DNA of 64,000 bases, taken from assembly GCA_964199315.1 (NCBI GenBank), contig OZ116705.1:5580001-5644000 (forward strand), in the 5' to 3' direction. The stretch is from Orbicella franksi (Eukaryota). Numbering within the stretch: the stretch's first letter is position 1; the number at the start of each line of letters is the position of its first letter. Positions 22,301 through 32,332 of the stretch are shown in pieces. The translations under genes and the position numbers were made by a program. The notes beneath the pieces were generated by a model that worked only from the letters and a program-made list of their open reading frames with translations, was not told the DNA's origin and ran no database searches.

Positions 22301-23964
22301 ATTTCTCTGGAGCAACTTTTTCGAGGTCGAGTGTACCATCGGTTACATGTCTTCCCATGCTTTTCACCGGCTGCATGTCGTCTCGAGCGTTGTACTGATA
22401 ACGTGAATTTCCGCGCTTCTTACATTTGAACAGCATCGCTTCCTGTTATAACTACTGACTACTCTTACGAAAGGGCCTGTGGATGATAACAGCTTTCTTG
22501 TTATTAACTTAAACAGTGTTACCTCTTCCTGCTGAGTGGGATCCTCAGCCTCGTGACGAAAGTGGAAAAGAGGAGGTTCTTCATTTGGTTAGCCTTGCAC
22601 AGGATACCCAGGAATATAAAACGGTTCAAAAGATGTTCCATCAATCAATGCGAGGGAAGGCTTCTATCACAAGTATTGAGAGAATTCAAAACCCATCGAT
22701 GTTTCATTCATACATGCTGAGGAAACAGACCATGGATGAAAAGAACGGGACTCTTGAAAACGAACTGCAACTGTTCCATGGAACGAAACCCGACAGCGTG
22801 AAATACATCAATGTGCAGGGATTTAACAGGAGTTTGTGCGGAATTCACGGTACGTACCCTCATCAAAATATTACACTTCTGTGATAAACAAAAGCTTAAT
22901 CACGAGCATAAGCAGAAATTCGTGTGTGAACGAACGTGGGTTAACCATAAGCACATGCACGGTGATTCTCCTTGATCGCCATCTTGAAGCAGTCGTCACC
23001 AGATTTACTCCGCAGCTACTGTGCATGCGTATTCCACGTTTTCTTACAGCTTAACTCGACGTCGTAGCCAAAGTCTTCGTTCCCCTTGACAATACTAGCG
23101 GTCGGGAAACGAGCGTTGTCAAGCTTGCGCAGTGGGAAACGAAGACTCCAGGAACGAGATTGAGCTCTTAACTTGTCTAACTTTACCGCACAAGTGCGAA
23201 ACAAACTTTGACTAGTCAGTAACGCAAGCTTCTCGGCGCTTTCCCACACGACAGGAGACGAACCCATTTTCCACGTCACACTCATCGGATTTGTTACCAC
23301 TGAGCCATATAACTAGATTGAAATATCACAAGCCTTCCGCATACTGCCACTGCAGGGTTTGATCGCAGGATTGCTGATGAACACCGTTTGTTTGATTGAA
23401 TCGAGTTAAACGCGCCGTTTGACACTACCCCAACTTTCACACGGTAATGATAAATAATATCCCCAAACAACTTTCACACGGTTATCCCCAAACACGCACT
23501 CACTTGGACTGTTTTTCGACTGTCCGTCTGTCCCCACTGAGTTCACCTCATAAATTTTCCACTTTTCAAGCAAGCATACCAAGTAAGTAAGTAAGGTATC
23601 GACTTTCTTGCTAGTTGTCAGAGCTTTTATTAACCTTAAACTTCGAATATCTCAACCTATGATAGGTGCGGCCTATGGTGATGGTGTCTACTTTGCAAAA
23701 GATGCATTTTATTCCATGACATACTCACAGCCACGTCCCAACGGTGACCGCTTCATGTATCTAGGGAGAGTGCTTGTCGGGAAGCACACCGTTGGCAAGC
23801 AAGGAATGAAGACGCCTCCTGCCATCGACCCGATGAAACCAGAAATCCTCTACGACTCCGTTGTCAACAGGGAAGAAAATCCAACTATTTTCGTAGTTTT
23901 CAACGATTTTCATGTCTACCCGAAATACTTGATTACTTTTAAAGAGATCAGTCGCGATCGGTAA
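10311..23964 (+). CDS. PARP-B1: full-length PARP14/15-like protein, ~1617 aa (disordered N-terminus, RG-rich exon, RRMs, KH-like region, 2 macrodomains, KH, WWE, ART with H-Y-I triad). Coding exons: 10311-10317, 11472-11570, 12267-12488, 14225-14458, 15665-15904, 17328-19018, 19832-20062, 20501-21998, 22517-22849, 23666-23964
   Basis: All junctions are GT-AG and in phase. The summed CDS is 4854 nt (divisible by 3). Motifs: RRM-like YVLGLHHRTTPDGIRNYIE and IYVSGFSENTSKEQVETYF, macro IALPLVGTGNLGFP and GDITKENSDAICN, WWE QWYLVN...FDKIANNDIESAY, catalytic LFHGT, YGDGVYFA, PTIFVVF, YPKYLITF. The small 5' exons are supported by conservation in copy 2. Confidence 0.9.
12791..13400. mobile_element. 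Non-autonomous TTAA-TSD DNA transposon (Kolobok-like MITE)
   Basis: TTAA|AGGAGAAGGTCACTCCAAAA ... TTTTGGAGTGACGTTCTCCT|TTAA. Confidence 0.75.
13405..13681. mobile_element. Second TTAA-flanked foldback MITE with ~100-bp inverted arms, abutting the previous element
   Basis: aggaaacgacaaaactt...tgatgtacaaagcgttggaagta pairs with tacttccaacgctttgtacatca...aagttttgtcgttttct, and TTAA lies on both sides. Confidence 0.7.
15152..15600. mobile_element. Tc1/mariner(pogo)-like MITE, right end eroded
   Basis: Starts TA|CAGTGAAACC and has repeated taagcggaca motifs. It is absent at the orthologous site in copy 2 (~40080-40095). Confidence 0.65.
16337..16589. mobile_element. PIF/Harbinger-type MITE (TTA TSD)
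   Basis: TTA|GGCCCTGG...GAGACGAACTAAACTG and CAGTTTAGTTCGTCTC...CCTGGGCC|TTA. Copy 2 has the empty site (acggcTTAgagac at ~40731-40743). Confidence 0.8.
16593..16946. mobile_element. Second PIF/Harbinger-type MITE family stacked at the same TTA
   Basis: actacgccggaggaatttgaaaacgg...gtgtggacggggct|TTA. The same family occurs at 54871-55829, and the site is empty in copy 2. Confidence 0.75.
20244..20400. mobile_element. Palindromic MITE shared by both copies (also 43986-44160)
   Basis: gtgcgttcctttgggatc ... gatcatcccaaagtaacgcac, with an internal gaatcc/ggattc symmetry. Confidence 0.6.
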
Positions 23965-24198
23965 GTCTATATATCAAAGCATCGGCCTTGCAACACGGAT
24001 TGATTTGTTTTTGAAAAACAGCGATGATATTTTGAACATTGAGAAGCGATTAGAGATAGTTAACAAGAGAAGTCAGTACTTAGCAACTATTCTGTGTTCA
24101 GTTGGGATAAAAATCTATGATCAAAGAATAGAATAACATTTACTGAACTCGGCGCTTTTTAGTAGATATGCCCACGGAAAGAACTACCCTAATTTAAG

Positions 24199-24487
24199 TA
24201 ATAAATCAAACACGAGAGATCGTGTTTGACCACAAATCCAAACACCGAGAAGAGAGCTGAAAATACGACGCGCAGCGGAGTATTTTTGACGAACTTCGAG
24301 GTTTGGAAATGTGGTCAAAAACTGTCTTGAGTGTTTGGTATGTCTTCACAATCGAAACCAAAACTAAGGAGAAAACGGAGAAATAAAATCGTGAAAATCT
24401 ATGCTAATTAAGATCAGATATCCAGACACCGTCACGGTCATGATTTCCTTTGTTTAAACATGATGAATTATTAATAAGTTTTAGAAG
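24199..24487. mobile_element. Interspersed repeat insertion specific to copy 1
   Basis: Copy 2 reads ...ctaatttaag|cttatttcc without it. The insert has internal inverted gtgtttgaccaca/tgtggtcaaaaac motifs. Confidence 0.65.
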
Positions 24488-24528
24488 CTTATTTCCAAAT
24501 CGCTCAAGCAAACGGAAGGGACCGATAA

Positions 24529-25762
24529 GGGAAGGTACGTTTTTTTATTGGCGGGGGGGTTGGCCGGGGCTTCGGAGGGGAGGGTCATTAGTAATTTTTT
24601 TTAACAAATTGGGGAGAGTCAAACCTGTTTTATTCGCAACCGGGGGAGGGTCACAGTTTTTTGGCAAGGAAAAAATTACTCCATGTCGCTTAGTTGACAA
24701 ACAAACACGCGACGTGTATAGAAACCTAAATACAAGCAAAGCTACCAGTCAAGATTAATCTAAATTATTTACAGGTGTCGAAATATTATATCAAAAAACT
24801 ATCTTGTCCAAACTAACAAAGTAATTGTCTCTCTCGACCCGTGCCCGCTTTCGTCCATATTTTGACGGCGGTAATGTTTCCGCGCGGGGTTCTGGTATAA
24901 AATTGGTCTCCGGTGACGATTCGTGACTTCAGCTACTCGGGCTTGAATCGACAACTTGATCTACTACATCACTTTGCGAGTCACTTTCAACTTCGGAAAG
25001 TGATGAGGTTACTTGTTGCTGCACATTTCTTAGCGGAGGCTGTCGAGGTTGTTGACACTCCATTGAATCGTACAGCAACCTGCTCATGTGCGCTTTGATC
25101 ATTACGACCTTTTCAGCTTTCTTCCCTTTGAAGGTGATCTTGTGATGGGAAAAGTACAAAGATAGCTCGTCCACCCTCAAGGACGACAGCTTATCGGAGT
25201 TGTACAGTCCAACCCAGTCAATGTCATTTTACTTCCGGTTCAACCGTTCCAATCGCTCCCTTTCAGTCTCCTCTTTCTTCTTCTTCTTGCGTATTTTTAT
25301 CTGGGCAAGGTGCTCAACATACTCTGCCACAAGCTTTTCGGGGACAATGTATTTATCTGAAAACTTTCTAATAGCCTCACTGTCCCCACTGACTATTTCA
25401 CTTTCCTCAAACAATCGCTTAATCTGAGCAAGTTGCTCCGTCTAACTTCATGAAATCCTCGCATTCACGATAAACGCATTTCCCTCTTTCTATTCCTCGC
25501 ACATCCTTGCCCATTTTCAAGTTTTCACCGTGCAATCACACGCCACGCAATTAACTGCTTTGTGCGCAGACGCGGTTATGTGAGTAACACTTCCGGTTAT
25601 TTTTGTCTTGGAGGATGTGGGGGGAGGGTCAGATGTTTTTGTGTAGGTATTTGTGAAGGGTCATGCATTAATCCATTCTGGGAAGTGGGAGGGCCACGAC
25701 TTTTTTCGCAATAAATTTCTAAAATACCCCCCCGCCCCCCTTAATAAAAAACGTACCTTCCC
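24529..25762. mobile_element. PIF/Harbinger-like non-autonomous element (1234 bp) carrying a disrupted minus-strand ORF with a SAP-like motif
   Basis: TAA|GGGAAGGTACGTTTTTT ... AAAAAACGTACCTTCCC|TAA. Copy 2 has the empty site accgaTAAgctaaat (~47783-47797). ORFs 25229-25414 and 24929-25180 are in the same frame, separated by one TAA. Confidence 0.85.
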
Positions 25763-26335
25763 TAAGCTAAATAATGCACTATTTTTATGCATTTTTATAT
25801 AAGAACCAGTATAACCTCGTTTGGAGCTAGCTTCCCAATACTGGAATTTTCGATTCTAACGCGATGTCTCTGTTGTTGTCAATGGCAAGCTTAAATGAAG
25901 GTAGTAGTGTCAAGTTACTTCAAATCTAATTCAGCTGCATTAATTTTTTTCGTGTAGTTGTCTACATGGTTAGGGTGATGGTTGGTTACGTACAATTACA
26001 GTAACAAAAATGTTGTTACAAAAGAGTTGTTACCCAAACTTAAACCACAGATATGTTTTTGGAATGTTCATAGAAATTTTAAAATAGGTCTGCTTATGGA
26101 AAGAGTCCATTTTCATGTTGCTTTGTAAGGAGAAAGTCGGATAATTTATAGGCGGCTATTATCTACATCTTCCAAATAACAGTGGAACACGGTCGGAAGG
26201 ACGAAAAACGTTTTCAAAATAGGGCTTATAGCGTCGACTTAGTGGCCAAGATTAACAACCAAATTGCTTAACACTAAATGTATAAGAATATAGTTATGAC
26301 TCCTTACAACAGAGAATGAAATGCAATATGGTTAA

Positions 26336-26609
26336 TAGAGCGGTTTTCATTTGAGTGTCGAAAGTAATTGGTTTTGCATCGACTACGCTACACGATTGGC
26401 TTAAAAAACTCGCGCCACTTTTTCATACAATGAGAAATGAAACCAAAACCAATCATGACTCGTTCGCACTCGTTTTCCCGCGCTTTGCGTCAGCTACATG
26501 TCATTACTTGGAGTTTTGATTGGTTCACTGGATTGTCCGCGTCCTTTGTGATTGGCTAGAGTGATTACTTTGGTTTTGGTTTTACAACACTCAGTTGAAA
26601 ACTGCTCTA
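26336..26609. mobile_element. MITE with TAGAGCGGTTTTCA terminal inverted repeats (also 48394-48647)
   Basis: tagagcggttttcatttgagtgtcgaaa ... tttacaacactcagttgaaaactgctcta. Confidence 0.8.
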
Positions 26610-26839
26610 AAACTTATATAAATTAACTGCTTACTTTATCCTTCCGGTAGGAGTTGGTATTGTTTTCTTAGATATGACCGGCAATAATAAAGAAAGAAAG
26701 CTGTTCCCAGTTGGGGGTGGGAGTGTTAGCACGGGTGGGAGGGAATGAGTAATTAATTTCAACTTCACGCTCACCACGCTCTATTCTGGAAAGGATAAAA
26801 ACAGAAAATGTGCTACGGAACAGCACCTTGAAGTCCAGA

Positions 26840-28940
26840 TCACGACTTCAGCAAATTGAAAGCTCTGTTCAGCAACAACCAGCCGGGGTTTTCTACCTTC
26901 TCATTCCCGCCAAACCCGAATACTTCCATTTCATCGACATCAAATTCGTCATCTCCTGTTAAAAACGTTTGAGACTCCTCGTCAGGTGGACACTGGTAGG
27001 AGTTATTCAGGTCTACAGAGCATTTGCAGGAATTGGGCTTAGCCTCAATGTAAAGATCTCTTCCAAATGCTGGCCCAAGGTCTTTGTCGTAGTAGATGGC
27101 AAATTCTTCTTGTCCAGCTTTCAAAGGCAACTTTGTTGGCTGCAGACCACTTGGGTTAATAAGGCTGAACAGGAACGAATCGCTAGCTTTTCTGTGACCT
27201 GCAGAGGCTATCAGCAGATCAACATCTGGTTAACTAAATTTGACGTTCAGAAGGATGGTGTCGCATTTTCTCTGGGGTGGGTGTGTGGGGGGGGGGGGGG
27301 GGAGGGGGCGGGACTAAAAATGTTTTATAAGGGGAGGCTCCGCCCCAAAGTCCAGACAGGAAAGCTATGCCTTCCGTATACCTTTCGTCGAGAAAAAATA
27401 TTCCTTTACATACCTACTTAAGAACACTGCACCCCTTTTCTAAACCCTTGGCATGAAGTTAGTGAACAATATCGGATATCACGGGAGAGAAAAGATGTTA
27501 ACCAAAAGACAAGTATTATCATGTATTCAGTTCAGTTACGTTTTATACCTGCCTTTCGTAGCCAAAGCTGATTAACCGGCAAGTTGCCTGAACCATATCT
27601 CTGTACCTCCCTTCACAGGAATATTACATTATCAACGCAAAGATGGGTTACACAGGATTTTCTTGCACAGGAAGGAATGTACCGACTCACTCCATGACCT
27701 CGTGTCCACGTGACCAAACGTCACGTGGACACAAGGCAACAAGAGATAAATGCTATGTGCATTTGAAAAGAAAGTTGCAAGCTAGTTCCAGTCTAGTACT
27801 GAGAATGCTAATATGGGCTATTGTTTTTGTACGAGTTCTATTTCGTTCGATTGCCGAATTCAATCGAAACATGTTCCTGATCGAGCTTAATCCATGGATT
27901 GAGTTCGATTGAGTTCGATTGAAATTCAGCTCGATCGGGTTCGATCGACTTTGCTAGGAGTCATATTCTCAAAATCTAAAGAAATTAAGAGCAGTAGAAA
28001 ACATGACAATTAGATATATATAATTTGCACTGAGCTCCCCACAGGAACTAAGAAAAAAAGACAAGGCTGTTTTTCTGACATATAAACTTAGTTTCTAAGG
28101 TCTTGTTTTGTGGGTATGCCTAAATCAAATACGCTGGGTTAAAATGCTTACCGGTATGTTCCCACTGTTGCTCGGTATAGCCTCCAAATATGTATTCGCC
28201 ACTCTTGATCACTGTCACCGTAGGACCCTTGTAGTCGCATCGGGCGTGAAAGTCGGCAGCAGCCCAGCCATCACGGGAAGCACGATATAACAAAGCAAAG
28301 AACAAGTTGTCCCTGGTGTTATTGAGTGCTTGAGTTTCCTTCAACCAATTCATCAAGGTTTCGCGTTGATCTGAGGATAGAATAACTGAATTCTTGAATG
28401 GCCTCGCAGTGAGCTCACTGATGATCCCCTCAACTTGATAAAATTCAGCCTTGGCCAGTAGCTCTTCGCGAATTCGCACCATCTCGTCTTTAGGCACAAT
28501 AAGCTGCCCAGTGCGAAGATAATTCAGGATATACCGGAAGTGAGTTCCATCGCGATCAATGAAGTAAGATCCATCCTCGCTTGGCTTTGTGTCAAATCTT
28601 CTCGAAAACATAGCGTGTAGCATGGAACCTGCCATTATATTGGGAAACAAGATAACCAAGAATTGCAATTAGGAAGAACGCCAGTACCGGTGTTTGAGAA
28701 ATCAGATAAATGACAGTGTAATTTGAAAATAACATACCAAAACATACCTGGATCTTTATTCAGGGTTGCTAGACTGGTCGAGAAAAAGTGGCCGCCGACA
28801 TTGAGCCTCACAATTTTCGAGAAACGAACGTGCTCCAGCTTCTTTGGAACCTCATCACAGGCTTCCTTTTCGTTGTTGTTGGCTTCATCGCTGGGCTCGA
28901 CAGGGAGAATGTTTTCTTCCTCCGAATTACGTGAAGACAT
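26840..28940 (-). CDS. KCTD-type BTB/POZ + TLDc domain protein, copy 1 (342 aa). Exons 28940-28748, 28628-28152, 27198-26840
   Basis: IVRLNVGG..FSTSLATL, FIDRDGTHFRYILNYLR and AEFY (KCTD BTB). LLYRASRDGW...FHARCD..GPTVTVIK...IFGGYT, DSFLFSL, GPAFG.DL and EMEVF (TLDc). Canonical GT-AG junctions, CDS 1029 nt. Confidence 0.92.
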
Positions 28941-29258
28941 CTTCCTTCATAGAGCAAATAGAAAATGTATTGAACACCGAGTCTGTAGAAAAAAAAAATG
29001 AAGTTATTCTATCCACTCAATACCCCGGGTGCCAGAGGGGTTTTATTATGTCGCGAAGCCGCTCACAGAAATTGCGAAAATCCCTCAGTCACGTTGAACT
29101 TGCAAAACCAGCCTCGAGCAGTCTCTAACGTCTGTAATATATATTTTCTAGTTGAGTCGACACAACTATACATCAAAACTGTCTATGCTGTCAGATATAA
29201 ATGTATCTAGCTAAACTGAAATTAAAGGGCGAGTCTTTGGCGTACTTACTGATCGCTT

Positions 29259-29474
29259 TAGACGGCGAGCAATGTCTCTTGACTTTTACTCGAAAATCCG
29301 TGGGGAAGGACGCAAAACAAGCGTAACTGCGAGTTTGACATGCGAGCAGTCACGGGAGCCTCTCACGTTCCCCCACGCTCGCATGCTCGCGAGCGCGACC
29401 GCTCACTGACCTCACTCATTTAGCGTTCTTCTTCCACACGGATTTTCGAGGAAAAGAGAGACTGCTCCCGGTCA
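29259..29474. mobile_element. Degenerate MITE
   Basis: tagacggcgagcaatgtctc...tcgaaaatccgtg pairs with cacggattttcgaggaaaagagagactgctc. Confidence 0.5.
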
Positions 29475-29941
29475 GCACTATGGCTTTTAACTGGGACTCG
29501 ATTCGCCAAAAGCCGTGCTTTTATTTACAGGCTCAACCCTAGGCTCAACCAATAAACTATATTAAGTGTTCTAAGATTGTTGTTGTAGTTGGGTCAAAGG
29601 CATTTCAGTCTGCCCCGGTTTTTTCTTTCCATCCATCATTGCAAATTGTTTAGTAAGTTTAATTTGTTTTGTTCATCAAGGTTAGCAGTTTTTATCCTAA
29701 TTAGGGGCCCAAGAATCGGGATAGGATGGCAAAAGTATCTCAAAAATAGCAATAAAACAGAAACAGATAAAATTTCCATCCTTCATCCACAGTATTATCG
29801 TCACGAGAATTGAGGGCGCCTCTTGCCTTGGGCGGCACAATGAAACATATCCCGATTCACGTTAGTTAAGAGTTTGAAACTGGCAAGGACTAGCCCCACA
29901 GAGATTTACGACAACTTTAAGTTTTATTTATAATAATCAAG

Positions 29942-30519
29942 TACCGTGATGATTCGATTTAGCGCCTGGGGCGCTTATTTACATTTGGTTCCTCAAGGGA
30001 GGGCGTACGTTTATTCGAGACAGGGCGATCAATCGGGACAGAAACAGCCGAATGTTTAAAAACAAAATTTTTTAAGACGGTATTTAACAACAAAAGAAAA
30101 ATACCAGAAACTGTAACAGTAACAAATATACGGTGAATGTTTTGAGGGAATTTTAATCTATTTCGACGCCGATAGCTTTGACAGTGTCACTTAAAATGTC
30201 ATGTCAATACGTAAATAAATGCTTCGTGATGCGGCATCTTCGACATGCGACTTAGTGATCCCGTCGAAAGGATCCTTTTCGAGTGAATTACTCATGGCTT
30301 GCTGAACAACCCTGAGCCGTTCTAGCCCTGCACATGGCAAGACTGATTTTTCTTAAAGCAGCAAATAATATTGGAATTGGGACGCTTATTAGAATGGGGG
30401 CGCTTATTGGAATAGGGCTGAATAGGGGCACTTATTTATAAAAGCACATTCGAAGGGGGGCGGTTATTCGAAAGGGGGCGCTTATTGGAAGGAGGGAGCC
30501 AAATCCAATCATTACGGTA
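29942..30519. mobile_element. Tc1/mariner-type MITE (also 53161-53738)
   Basis: TA|CCGT(G)ATGATT ... AATCATTACGG|TA, with internal ggggcgcttatt repeats. Confidence 0.7.
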
Positions 30520-31170
30520 TTAAAAGGTACACTGGACTAGCTGCGCTTCTATAACATCGAGCAGTTCTCTTGACCTAAAATCACGGGAAATTTCAGTCTT
30601 GTTTTGAAACGCAACTTCGAAATTACAGTTATATATAGGTTGATTTAAGAAATGTAGATAATGAAGAAAACGTAAACTCCAAAAAGCCATACGTTTTTAC
30701 ATCACGTGCAGAACTAGGGATTGGAAAAGAGAATAAACAGATTCAAGTTTTGCCACCCGCCAAAGTGATAATACCTTGTTTACCTTTCTCAGCTTTTTGT
30801 GTCCGAATTCACTTCAGAGGTATTTCTAATCCTCCTGGCTTCAAACGGTTCGTTCTCGCAGACTAAAAGAATCCAGCAAGCGATAATTTACTCTTCGAAG
30901 AGACCAAGTGAGTCCAATTGAGCGCTGTGAACAGTACGAGCTCAATTTTAAACTGCAAATGAAATGCTATCCGTTCGATTTAGTTCTGAAAAGTTGCTTC
31001 AACGATTCCGGCTTGATCACAAGAAATCGGAATTCAAAGCCAGGAATATAATATGACGCAAAAAACGTAACGCAACAGGTAACTCCTCTCGCAGAAGCTG
31101 ACTAAATAACAAACCGTATGAACAACAACTGAAATTTGGTGAATGGGAGAAATGCCCCAACCAAATAAGC

Positions 31171-31201
31171 AATAATAGTAGTAGAACAATAGTAGTAGAA
31201 C
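31171..31201 (+). other. Duplication junction with a perfect 14-bp tandem repeat (aatagtagtagaac x2)
   Basis: 31174-31187 equals 31188-31201. The first unit is present at neither parental end (4624, 54390). Confidence 0.85.
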
Positions 31202-32332
31202 TTCCACAAGAATGGGATTTGCACCCTCTGGACGGCAAAGGAAGGAAAGAGAGGGTCTACTTAGTCCGCCTTGATGTCGATTCACCCGAGTACCAAGATG
31301 TTCAAGACAGATTCATGGAATCTCTCTCTGATCGTGAGGTGTCCATCTCAAGTATTCAGAGAGTCCAGAATCCATCAACGTACCGTTCTTATGTGACGAA
31401 GAAACAGAGCATGGACGAGAAAAATGGAATCCATAAAAATGAACGGAGACTATTCCACGGGACAGGATATCATAACACGAAAGACATAAACGCTCATGGA
31501 CTTAATCGAAGCTTTTGTGGAAAAAATGATACGTATACGTAGCACATGTGAAACTAAACTAGTTGTCTGGTGGTTGACTCTTATCTCCGGTTTGTAGCTT
31601 TAAGTGACTTTGGGTATTCCTACTTCCCCATGGATGGGATGCTAGTCCAACCCAGGGTGATTTCCACCATTAAATTCGCCGGTACCCATGCATTCATACA
31701 TTTGGTTGAAGAGAGGCACTGCGAAATTAAAGTGTCTTGTCCAAGAACTGACCCCAGTCAGGACCGCTTGATCCGGAATCCAATGCACTAAATACTAGGC
31801 ACAAATTTATCACTTTCCTCGGATGACAAGTTCGATCCATGTGACGCGCATGCAAGGAATCATGGTAGTGATGTTCAACTTTGGCCACCCTTGTTGAACT
31901 TGCTTTGTTGGAAATCGCCACTGTGATACCGTGCAGGCACGTCTCATATAGGGAACTAGAAATTCACTTCCATTTGCTGGGTAATCTTTAGTGTTAGACC
32001 AACTTTTAATAACTCTCTGATCCCCAGGTGTGGCTTATGGAGATGGCGTCTGTTTTGCGACCAATTCCTCTTACTCTTTGGCGTTCTCGAGGCCACCAAA
32101 TGCTAAAGGAGAGTGCTGCATGTATCTTGCAAAAGTGCTTGTTGGTAAATTTGCATGTGGTAAAACTGGGCTGAAGACACCACCACCAATTAATCCAGAC
32201 AGGACTGAGGATCTTTACGACTCAGTCGTGGATTCAGTAGACGTTCCAACTCTGTTTGTTGTATTCCACGACGACCAGTGCTACCCTGAATACTTAATTA
32301 CTTTTAGAAAAGTCGAAAAGGCGGCTAGCTAA
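31193..32332 (+). pseudogene. Orphan PARP-A' fragment: last two (catalytic-domain) exons only, 31193-31528 and 32028-32332
   Basis: No upstream PARP exons. The acceptor's pyrimidine tract is replaced by purine-rich junction filler, and the donor GT is mutated to AT at 31529 (aatgATacgt vs aatgGTacgt at 4969). Confidence 0.8.
31578..31790 (-). mobile_element. Duplicated copy of the degenerate SINE at 5018-5240
   Basis: Same core sequence in the same intronic position. Confidence 0.7.

Larger units (their letters stand above)
4624..31170 (+). repeat. Tandem segmental duplication, copy 1 (~26.5 kb)
   Basis: Colinear with 31184-54390. Both copies begin gaacaatagt.gtagaacttccacaagaatgg and end gaatgggagaaatgccccaa.aaataagc. 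Confidence 0.93.

Noticed and set aside
27835-27950. Short repeated gagttcgatt/ttcgat units (also 51055-51170) as a possible CRISPR-like array
   Set aside because: Units are irregular and about 10 bp, there are no unique spacers, and the context is a eukaryotic intron. It is most likely a MITE remnant.
31021-31201. Possible chimeric transcript splicing from cag|GTAACT (31079) into the orphan PARP-A' exon
   Set aside because: The only nearby ATG hits a stop after 5 codons, the acceptor lacks a pyrimidine tract, and nothing in the sequence supports transcription.
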